The notes under the pieces were generated by a model, which saw nothing but the letters and a program-made list of their open reading frames with translations, searched no databases and had not been told where the DNA came from. A program made the position numbers and the translations under genes. Shown piece by piece: positions 40,681 to 51,029 of a stretch of 64,000 nucleotides of DNA. Where the stretch lies: positions 1 to 64,000 of the forward strand of contig NW_021834901.1 in assembly GCF_006345805.1 (NCBI RefSeq), written 5' to 3'. The first letter of the stretch is position 1. The number at the start of each line of letters is the position of its first letter. The stretch is from Octopus sinensis. Taxonomy: Eukaryota.

Positions 40681-40724
40681 ACACCTGATGAATGCTGGAG
40701 GGTGTATCAGCTGAAATGTTGTGT
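40681..40724 (+). ncRNA. Degenerate minimal type-I hammerhead ribozyme (family D, copy 1)
   Basis: ACAC-CUGAUGA-..GCUG/CAGC..-GAA-AUGU-U-GUGU; stem I ACAC/GUGU; stem III carries a U.G pair. Confidence 0.6.
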
Positions 40725-40812
40725 TATCAACCAAAAAGATGAGGACACATATCCTTCAAATATAAATAATATAAATAATGTACATATTTCCGCATTTCTT
40801 AAATATAGAACT

Positions 40813-40846
<34 letters not shown>

Positions 40847-40895
40847 GCATTATTAAATCTCAGAATGAGATTGAAACAGTAATCGCTCGACAATG

Positions 40896-41144
40896 TAAAG
40901 TATAGAAGCCATCTTATCATGGCTAACCACATAGGGGAGGGGTGTTACTGTAGCTTTATAGCCCCAGAAGATCTTCGTCTCCAGCTGGCTTTAGACACCA
41001 TATCAGTGCCATATCAGTGCCATATCAAGGGCACTGATATGGTGTCTAAAGCCAGCTGGAGACGACGTTCTCCTGGGGCTATAAAGCTACAGTAACACCC
41101 CTCCCCTATCTGGTTAGCCATGTTAAGATAGCTTCTATACTTTA
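40896..41144. repeat. Fold-back: ~115-bp inverted arms with a short loop containing an 11-bp tandem duplication
   Basis: taaagtatagaagcc..ccatatcagtgcc versus ggcactgatatgg..gcttctatacttta; loop repeats ATATCAGTGCC. Confidence 0.92.
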
Positions 41145-41347
41145 TATATATATATATATATAACAGGCATACATTGCTGAAAGTGTTCAATACTTCAATT
41201 TAAGTGGTATTTTTTTCATTTATTACGACAGCAGGGACTTAAAGTTTGTCTTGTACCCCATACAACAAATGTTTATAATCCTGGTTGTTTAGTGATTTAG
41301 AATTATTATCACGGGTATAGTTCAGGAAAATATCACTTCTATAATTC

Positions 41348-41439
<92 letters not shown>

Positions 41440-41441
<2 letters not shown>

Positions 41442-41605
41442 AGGAGCAATAGCCTAGTGGTTAAGGCAGCGGACTCGCGGTCGCAGAATCGCGGTTTCGA
41501 TTCCCAGACCGGGCGTTGCGTGTGTTTATTGAGCGAAAACACCTATAGAAAGCTCCACGAGGCTCCGGCAGGGGGTGGTGATCCCTGCTGTACTCTTTCA
41601 CATCT
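41440..41605 (+). mobile_element. tRNA-derived SINE 5' part
   Basis: gcctagtggttaag (A box) and ggtttcgattccc (B box); the same family occurs at 47645-47940 (-) and 49801-50090 (+). Confidence 0.8.
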
Positions 41606-41829
41606 TCGCCAGTTCAAACCTTATGAAGCTTAACGATTGTGTCACAAATTTATTGACTGCTATTTCTAATAAAAATTGGTGGCTTGTTGAACCACAACTT
41701 ACTCTCTCTCTCTCTTTCTCTCTCCCCCCTCTCTCTTTCTACATATATATATATATAGAAATTCGGGGTGAGTACTTGATAATTATAAGCACCTGTGTAT
41801 ACCGTTTGGTGGTGTAGGTGGTGGAGTAA

Positions 41830-42238
41830 ATTGATCAAAATAAAATAAAAACATGATGCGAAGGATTCAGCGGTACATATGTTTCGGGCCTTTATTAGAC
41901 AGATTTATAACAATGCATAATGTATGTCTGTGGCCTTCTTCAGCCGCGCACAACAGCTTCCACAAGGAACATGTGTTACTCAAAATTCTTGGTTTGGGAT
42001 GAATCCCTCATTCACGTACGACAAATGCGGCAGCAGCATAGAGTTGAAGCCGTCCATCTCTTTCTTCTCTCAATGTAGAATGAGGAAATTGGATGTTGAG
42101 GTACTGTAAATATAATCAATACGCGGCTGAAGAGGCCACAGACATACATTATGCATTGTTTTATAAATCTGTCTAATAAGGCCCAAACATATGTAAACGG
42201 AATCCTTCGCATCATGTTTTTATTTTATTTTGATCAAT
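41830..42238. mobile_element. Fold-back element, ~118-bp arms (41830-41948 / 42122-42238), Penelope-pLTR-like
   Basis: attgatcaaaataaaataaaaacatgatgcgaaggattc..cagccgcg is mirrored by cgcggctg..gaatccttcgcatcatgtttttattttattttgatcaat; each arm holds a hammerhead motif. Confidence 0.8.
41870..41947 (-). ncRNA. Type-I hammerhead ribozyme (family A), intact core
   Basis: GCGG-CUGAAGA-A-GGCC-[41 nt]-GGCC-C-GAA-ACAUAUGU-A-CCGC; stems I and II and the palindromic stem III all pair; GUA cleavage triplet. Confidence 0.8.
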
Positions 42239-42285
<47 letters not shown>

Positions 42286-42703
42286 TTATATACAGGCACA
42301 CAGATACATGAATAATTATTTGTATATATTCCAAAATGTGAATGCACACAGACAATGCATAAACGGATACACACAGACAATATATTATATATATATATAA
42401 TATATAATATATATATTTGTATGTATGTATATATATATACATATATAATGTGTGGGTCCATACTATTTGTCCATATATATACCTACCTATACATCTATAC
42501 ATACAAATGCAGACATGTAATAGTGCGCGTGGTGCGTGTTAGGCCTTGACAATAATGATGATGACGATTATGATGATTGGACGTTGACGATAGCTGCTTA
42601 CAGGTTATAAAACTGTCCTGACCTGATTTTTGACTAAGAGGCCTGCAGTCGTTAATGTTAAGTCAAAGTGTGACTCAGTTTCAACATTCTTAACACACAC
42701 ACA

Positions 42704-42748
<45 letters not shown>

Positions 42749-42814
42749 ACGCGATAAACACGCAGGTGACTCAGACCAACAATTACTGCTATATCCTGCC
42801 CTCCCGTGGGCAAG

Positions 42815-43200
42815 CTAGTAGAAACTTAGTGCCCGCGCGAAATGCTTAGCCGTATTTCGTTCGTCGCTAAGAACTGAGTTTCAAATTCCACCGAGGTCAA
42901 CTTTGCCTTCATCATTTCGGGGTCGATAAATTAGTACCAGTGACGCACTGGTGGTCGATAATCGACGTAATCCGTTTGTCTGTCCTTGTTTGTCCCCTCT
43001 ATGTTTATTCCCTTGTGGCTAATAAGAAACAGATATTTCGCCGTCGATACGTAATGAGTTCAAATTCAGCCGAGGTCGACTTTGCCTTTCATCCTTTCGG
43101 GACGATAAATTAAGTACCAGTCCAAAGCTGAAGGTCGATGATTCGACTTGTTTCCCCGCCCAAATTTTCATTCACGCCTTGTGCCTATTGTAGAACTATA
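42815..43200 (+). mobile_element. OK-like SINE, tandem partial copies
   Basis: gagtttcaaattccaccgaggtcaactttgcc..ggggtcgataaattagtaccag followed by a second gagttcaaattc..gaggtcgactttgcc. Confidence 0.8.
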
Positions 43201-43486
43201 CATACTCTGTTCAGCCCTTTCGAATTGTGCCAATGCTACATTCACTTTTAACTTTTTAGGTGTCGATAAAATAAGAAACAGGTTCATATCGGGGTCGAAG
43301 TAATAAACTAGCAAACTCCACAACAACAATTTGGGACTTGTATATATGGCTTTTTTTCACTTTCTCTATTCCTCACTCCTCTTTACATATATATATATGT
43401 GTGGTGTGTGTGGTGTATGTATGTAGGTATGTATGTATTTATGTATGTATGTATGCATGTATAAATATATATATATTATATATATA

Positions 43487-43523
<37 letters not shown>

Positions 43524-43531
<8 letters not shown>

Positions 43532-44265
43532 ATTTTACATTACTCGGTAGTCAAGATAAACTCTGAGTTTCAGATGCCGAAGTGGAAATCCACAACACAT
43601 CACTCGTTCGGTTATCTGGCTATTGAAAACGTTATGAAAAAATACCGTTAAAAATGAAGGGAAATTACTCTGTTATAACTCTGCTTTGCCTGCGTACTTA
43701 TACATCGCTCGCATTTTTCGGTCATAAAAATATATAAAAAATACATAAACATATATAAAATATATAAAAATATATAAAGGTGCGGTTTATGCGACATGGG
43801 AGATGGCTTATCTGGAAAAGCAGCTTAGACCCTACCACATTCTAAATACAGCCAGAGCTTTTCGGATCATCCCACATGTGACTAAATTCTGTTACGTTTT
43901 TTGGTCCCCTAAAGAAAACGGATAGACATATCTTTCTTGTTATGTCCCAAAGATAGATTTATATATTTTTATATTATTTTATGTATTTTTATATAATTTT
44001 TATGACGAAAAATGCAGTGATGTTAGTACGCAGCAAAGCAGAGTTATAACAGAGTAATTTCCCTTCATTTTTAACGGTATTTTTTCATAACGTTTTCAAA
44101 TAGCCAGATAACCGAAGAGATGGTGTTGTGGATTTTCCACTTCGGCATCTGAAACTCAGAGTTTTATCTTGACTACCGAGTAATGTAATAATATTGTATA
44201 GATAATTTCCTCTTTTTACATAATATTGAGGTCTCTTTCTTTCTTTTGTATCTTACCGTTTATCC
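43524..44265. mobile_element. Fold-back element with ~250-bp arms (43524-~43776 / ~43950-44200) between (TA)n tracts
   Basis: tatacaatatt..cattactcggtagtcaagataaa..ctctgagtttcagatgccgaagtgg is mirrored at 44130-44200; the right arm continues to ~44265. Confidence 0.9.
44106..44169 (+). ncRNA. Hammerhead-like fold with a U4C core variant (family C)
   Basis: AGAUAA-CCGAAGA-GAUG..CAUC-U-GAA-ACUCAGAGU-U-UUAUCU; 6-bp stem I and 4-bp stem III. Confidence 0.6.
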
Positions 44266-44299
44266 TATATATATATATATATAATATATATATAGATAG

Positions 44300-45283
44300 T
44301 TAATCAATTTAGGGTAGTAAAAATTTCGATAAAAATTTATCACTACCAGCGGCCCAGTGGAAAAGAAAATAGTCATGAGACTAAATGTAAATATATAACA
44401 ATTTAGGAATGGCCTTAACAGGCCATTCGTCCACTAGACAGAGCAGCCATAACTCCAACCGCCAAGTAATGTAATTCAGAAAAAGGTGAAAAATTAAAAA
44501 CGTTTACCCTAATTCATCTTTAGAGACGATCATCGTTTCTGCGTTTTTAATGATAGACCAGCTTAATTAAATTAATTAAGCTAATCTACCATAGGTCACG
44601 CTTCGTCAGTAAGAAACCTTTGGTAGAGGCAAATATACACGAGGCTACTTGCATCGAAGCCTGGAATACTGTCCGTAAAATTTTCGAAGACCAGCGCAAT
44701 CTTCGCCAACCTTATCAGCAAGCAATATAAACTGCCGATTCAAACTCAAATTAGTCAGAAAATAATCAATTAATCAATTAGAGTAGTAAAAATTCGATAA
44801 AAATTTATCACTACCAGCGGCCCAGTGGAAAGAAAAATAGTCATGAGACTAAAATGTAAATATATAAAAATTTAGAATGGCCTTAACAGTTCATTCGTCC
44901 CACTGGACAAGAGCACCATAACTCCAACCGCCAAGTAATGTAATTCGGAAAAGGGGAAAAATTAAAACGTTTACCCTAATTCATCTTTTAGACGATGCAT
45001 CGTTTCTGCGTTTTTAATGATAGACCACTTAATTAAATTAAATAAGCTAATTAAGCCAAAGGTTTCTTTACTGACGAAGCGTGACCTATGGTAGATTAGC
45101 TTATTTAATTTAATTAAGCTGGTCTATCATTAAAAACGCAGAAACGATGCATCGTCTAAAAGATGAATTAGGTAAACGTTTTAATTTTTCACCTATTTCC
45201 GAATTACCTTACTTTGGCGGTTGGAGTTATGGCTGCTCTGTCTAGTGGACGAATGGCCTTACAGGCCCTTCCTAAATGGTTAT
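44300..45283. mobile_element. Tandem-plus-inverted element with a 466-nt unit (Penelope pLTR or non-LTR retrozyme-like)
   Basis: 44300-~44570 repeats at 44770-~45040; 45056-45283 is the reverse complement of ~44390-44623. Confidence 0.85.
45067..45160 (+). ncRNA. Type-I hammerhead ribozyme (family B) with a long stem-II hairpin; second copy on minus at ~44520-44613
   Basis: UUUA-CUGACGA(45071-77)-A-GCGU..ACGC-A-GAA(45141)-ACGAUGCAUCGU-C(45156)-UAAA; 16-bp inner hairpin with three G.U pairs. Confidence 0.78.
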
Positions 45284-45306
45284 ATATATAATATATATAT
45301 ATTAGA

Positions 45307-45355
<49 letters not shown>

Positions 45356-45365
45356 ATAATATATA

Positions 45366-45414
<49 letters not shown>

Positions 45415-45910
45415 CATATATATATATACATATATATAACTTATATATAAGGGCTTATAAAAAAATAAATAACTACTTTGCCACATACTGAACTCATTAG
45501 AAATAGCAGCTAAAGAAATTTCTTCAGCTATTTCTAATACTTAAAGAAGATCTCTCTCAGATAGTGTTTGCCTAAACCACTCACAAAGGTATGGGGGAAA
45601 AAACATTAAAAAATCAAGTGCAAAGGTTATTTGAGAACGTACGTTTCTAGATTTAGTCAATTCGACTTTCTTTCGTCAGCTCAGAATCCTTGAATCGATT
45701 TGGGACACTGAAAGTTGGAGCATACCCTTTCGGCTTCTTATCACCTCTAGAATTCTGCTCGAACTAAAGTGCTATCAAATCCGAATATGCAAGCGAAGAA
45801 TTTCTGCTCTCCCCTTTCCACCAGCGTGGGTTAAATTGACAAACACCATGTATTAACGGTGAAAACCGCCAGCATTTAACATATATATATATATATAATT
45901 GCATATATAT

Positions 45911-45961
<51 letters not shown>

Positions 45962-46057
45962 TAGATATACTTATATACATATATATATATATATAGATAT
46001 ATACATATTATATATATATATATATATATAATATAGATATACTTATATACATATATA

Positions 46058-46088
<31 letters not shown>

Positions 46089-46119
46089 CATATTATATTA
46101 TTATAAATATAGATATACT

Positions 46120-46169
<50 letters not shown>

Positions 46170-46893
46170 AGATAATATACATATATAATATATATATATA
46201 TCTATATATATATATATATACATATATATAGATCATATTTATTTATATAATTATATATATATATATATAATATATATATATATATATCTATATATATCCT
46301 ACGCACTATTGGATGTGTGGTAAGTAGCTATCTAACCAATCACATGCTTTTGGGTTCAGCATGGCAGAGCAGGGAATGTTTCTACTATATCCTCGGCCCG
46401 AATAAAGCTTTTTGAGCGGATTTGGTAGATGGAACTGAAAGAAGCCTTCGATATTTATGTAGTTATATGATTGTGTGGTCTGTGCTTGTGCCCCCACTAT
46501 CGCTTGACAACCGATGTTGGTGTGTTTCTGTCTCCAAAATATAGCGGTCCGGCAAAAGATAGAAGATAGAATAAGTAATAGGCTTAAAAAAATTAGTCCT
46601 GGGGTCGATTTGTTCGACTGTAGGCGGACTCCAGTATGGTCGCAGTTACATGACAGAAACGAATAAAAGAAATATACATATATATAAATATATGTGTGTG
46701 TGTCTGTATATGTGTGTATAATAAGTATGTATATATACATACATGAATATATATATGAAATATATTTGTGTATGTATGCATGCATATATATGTGTATGTA
46801 TGCATATATATATATATGTATGTATGTATACATATATATATATATATATATTTATATACGTGTGTGCGTATGTATGTAATTTATGTGTATGTT

Positions 46894-46929
<36 letters not shown>

Positions 46930-47460
46930 GTGTGTGTATATGTAATGTATGTATATATATGTATATATATATGTATGTATAATTAGCTTGCAAACCAACC
47001 ATATGGTTCTAGGTTCAGTCCCACAACATGACAATTTCGACAAGTGTCTTTTGCTATAGCATCGTTTCCGACCAAAGCCTTGTGAGTGGATTTGTTAGAC
47101 GGAAACCGAAAGATATATATTTAATATCTATATCTCTCTATAGATTTAAAATTTTTATTCTTTTGTCTTTAATCTTCTGTCATCTGATTTATTCTTTTAT
47201 GTTCTGTGAATACTCTGTCTGGAACTTCCTGCATACACGTTGTCACTGACGACGGAATACCCTGAGGTCTGGAGATGCTGACCCATCACCTGTGTTATCC
47301 AGAAACTGAGATATTAACTACTTCTACTTCTCCATTTTTCATTCCACTCTAATTAAATATTCTAAATGACCCGAGATACTCGCCCTGTTTTGGTTTTCAT
47401 TTATTTTCCTTTAATATGTATGTATGTATCTCTCTTTCTATATATATATATATATATATG

Positions 47461-47536
<76 letters not shown>

Positions 47537-47584
47537 TATATAAATTTATATGTCTGTATGTATATATGTATACATATATATATA

Positions 47585-47640
<56 letters not shown>
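45280..47640. repeat. (TA)n-rich microsatellite field with embedded OR-like SINE pieces (46310-46670, 46985-47110, minus-type heads)
   Basis: Direct reading. Confidence 0.85.
47241..47312 (+). ncRNA. Possible decayed hammerhead (family E), stem III missing
   Basis: CTGACGA at 47246-47252 and GAAAC at 47302-47306 with GGA/TCC closing stem II; no NUH or stem III. Confidence 0.3.
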
Positions 47641-47644
<4 letters not shown>

Positions 47645-47646
<2 letters not shown>

Positions 47647-47940
47647 CGTGATCACCGTGACCGACCATCAGATGTTGCTACACATCGCTGGTCACAATGC
47701 ATTTGTATTGTTTTAGCCTTCGAACGACGCCACCCCGCTGGCTCAGCGAGCAGGCCAACAGAAGAAAGAGTGAGAGAAAGAGTGGTGAAAGGGTACAGCA
47801 GGAATCACCACCGCCCCATGTCGGAGCCTCGTGGAGCTTTTAGGTGTGTTCGCTCAATAAACACACACAACACCCGATCTGGGAATCGAAGCCGCGTTCC
47901 TCCGACCGCGAGTCCGCTGCCCTAACCACTGCGCCTCCAC
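47645..47940 (-). mobile_element. tRNA-derived SINE, full length
   Basis: Minus head ggaggcgcagtggttagggcagcggactcgcggtcggaggaacgcggcttcgattccc. Confidence 0.85.
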
Positions 47941-47945
47941 ACACG

Positions 47946-47976
<31 letters not shown>

Positions 47977-47977
47977 G

Positions 47978-48026
<49 letters not shown>

Positions 48027-48487
48027 TATATATACATATATATACACATAAGTGTGTGTGTGTGTGCCATAAGCTGTTTTCACTGTCCGTCTTGTTTATA
48101 GCAGAGAACGTTTGCTCTAGGTGCCATGCAGTGGAATTGAACCCGAAATCCTGTTGTTCAGAAACGAACTGCTGACCACACAGCCACGCCTATACCTGTA
48201 ACGCTTGTCTACGTGTCTGTGTGTGTGTCCATACATATATCACTATATACACGTTTCTAATTATATGTGTGTAAGTATGCATGTGTGTGCCTGTGTATAT
48301 ACAGATAATTCGATTGAATGTTAAGGTGTCGGACGATGTCAGGCAGAGAGATTATGACGTCACAAGAACAAAATAGATTTAAAGAGAGAGCTTGTCATTC
48401 TCTTCTCTTCTCTCACTCTCTCCCCAAACCTTTCTTCTCTCATAATAATTACATCGAAAAATACCTTAGGTTCGAAATTTCTCCACG

Positions 48488-48531
48488 ACACCTGATGAAA
48501 GCTGGAGGGTATATCAACCGAAGCGTTGTGT
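48488..48531 (+). ncRNA. Degenerate hammerhead (family D, copy 2)
   Basis: ACAC-CUGAUGA-..-GAAG-CGUU-GUGU; GAAA mutated to GAAG; downstream flank matches 40725-40780. Confidence 0.5.
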
Positions 48532-48904
48532 TTACAACAAACAAGATGAGGACGAATATCCGTCAAATGTAAATAATGTAAATAAGAAGTTTTATCGTTT
48601 CAAATTTTTTAATTCTTTGCTTGTTTCAGCGTATTTTTGACCACCAAAATGACCAAGATTGTATTTTTAGCTGCATTACTAAAGGCATTATGTGACTTCG
48701 GACTGTTCATTGCTTATACTGTCAATATAGTCGAGTGAAATACTTGACGTGGATTTAATGGAAATATTGACCGGTCATAATCAAGGATATTCTGTTCGAT
48801 AACAACTTCAAACGGTGCTATACATACATACATACATATATATATATACATATATGTATGTATGTATGTATGTGTGTATGTGTCTGTGTGTGTATGTATG
48901 TGTG

Positions 48905-48935
<31 letters not shown>

Positions 48936-48938
48936 GTA

Positions 48939-48970
<32 letters not shown>

Positions 48971-48978
48971 ATATTTGT

Positions 48979-49034
<56 letters not shown>

Positions 49035-49258
49035 GTGTGTGTGTGTGTGTTGTACTCTACTATTAAAGCAGCAGAGAATTCAACAAAACCTGTTACTCTG
49101 AGTTTCCCGTTGCCGTTCATCGGCCAGTTTTTGCTAGAATGGAACCGAAATGTCAATTCTATCCAGCCTATTTTCTGCTGCTTTAAATAAAGCATACTAC
49201 TCTACCACTGTATTTGAGTACTCTTTTTCCACTTGTTTCACATTTATGTGTTTACTCC

Positions 49259-49300
<42 letters not shown>

Positions 49301-49698
49301 ATATAATATATATATATATTATATACATTCATACATATATATGTATATATATATATACATTCATATATATATATGTGTATATAATATATATATATATATA
49401 TATATTATATATAATATATGTATACATATATTATGTTTATATATATATATATAAATATATACTCTTTACTTGTTTCAGTCATTTGACTGCGGCCATGCTG
49501 GAGCACCGCCTTTAATCGAGCAACTCGACCCCGGGACTTTATTCTTTTGTAAGCCAGTACTTATTCTATCGGTCTCCTTTGCCGAACCGCTATGTGACGG
49601 TGACGTAAACACACCAGAATCGGTTGTCAAGCAATTCTAGGAGGACAAACACAGAACTGACACAAACAATATACACACCACACATGCATATATATATA

Positions 49699-49743
<45 letters not shown>

Positions 49744-49800
49744 ATTATATATATATTTACATATATACGACAGGCGTCTTTCAGTATATATATATATATA

Positions 49801-50090
49801 CTGGGCAATGGCCCAGTGGTTAGGGCAACGGACTCGTAGTTGTAGAATCGCCGTTTCGATTCCCAGGCCAGGCTGTGTGAGTGTTTCTCGAGCGAAAACA
49901 CCTAAAAGTTCCACAAGGGTCCGGCAGGGGTCGGGGTGGCGATCCCCGCTGTAATCTTTCGTCACAACTTCATCTCAGTCTTTCTTCTGTTAGCGGCGGG
50001 GTGGCGTCATTTGAAGGCTAAACCAATATGAATCGCATTGTGACCAGCGAGGTGTAGCAACATCTGACAGTCTGATTGGTCACGGTGACG
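49801..50090 (+). mobile_element. tRNA-derived SINE
   Basis: ggcccagtggttagggcaacggactcg..gtttcgattccc and a 3' end matching 47645-47720 in reverse. Confidence 0.8.
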
Positions 50091-50183
50091 TTGTTATATA
50101 TATATATACACACACATACATACATACATATATATACACATAGAGGCACACACACACACACACACATACATACACACACACAC

Positions 50184-50214
<31 letters not shown>

Positions 50215-50786
50215 TGTATGTATGTATGTATGTATGTATGCATGTATGTATGTTATGCATGTATGTATGTATGTATGTATGTATGTATGTATGTATGTGT
50301 GCATATCTTTTGTTTTTCCTGAGTCAGTTATTAAACTGCAATCATGCTGGAGCAACAATTTGTAAAGATTTAACCCAAAATAAATTACTCCGGCAATTTT
50401 TCTTTAGCCTACGTCTTATTCTATCGGATGTCTTTTGCCGAACCGCTACATAATGGAGACAAACACAGATACAAAGAGAGAAAGAGAGACAAAGAGTGAG
50501 AGAATGAGGCAAATAAACATGTGAAACTTCTTGGGATTGATATATAAAATAAATATCAATGGATAGATGTTAGCAGAGAGGAAGCAAAGATTGAGGATGT
50601 TCCACTCTCTGCTTTGTCTTTATCTCCGTGTATCCATGGATTTCTGTTGCAGCCACTCTTCATGTCGGGGACTTGGTCGTCGGTAAAGCTTTCCGAGTCG
50701 AAGTTGAATCTGTTTGGTAGCTGCTAAGTGTTTTCTACATTGAGAATCTCTTGAGATCTGTTCAATCTCTCTTTCTCGCTCTCTCT

Positions 50787-50837
<51 letters not shown>

Positions 50838-50937
50838 CTCTTTCTCTCTCTCTGACGTCTGTATATATATATGTATATGTTTGAGTGTGTGTGTATGTTT
50901 TTATATATGTATGTATATATCTATGCATATGTTTATA

Positions 50938-50979
<42 letters not shown>

Positions 50980-50982
50980 ATC

Positions 50983-51014
<32 letters not shown>

Positions 51015-51029
51015 CATTTCTTTCTTTCT

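Noticed and set aside
41440-41520. tRNA genes here and at 6430-6510, 47870-47940 and 49801-49870
   Set aside because: A and B boxes are present but there is no complete cloverleaf, and each continues into a shared SINE body.
41950-42120. Spacer of the fold-back as a GIY-YIG endonuclease C-terminus
   Set aside because: Short frames show no convincing motif by eye; needs tblastn.
45221-50453. Numerous YI/CV/HT-repeat ORFs
   Set aside because: Translations of (TA)n, (TG)n and (TATG)n microsatellites.
50640-50690. Micro-exon ttgcag|CCACTC..GTCG|gtaaag on plus
   Set aside because: Only 29 nt, with no supporting neighbours or recognisable peptide; such sites arise by chance.
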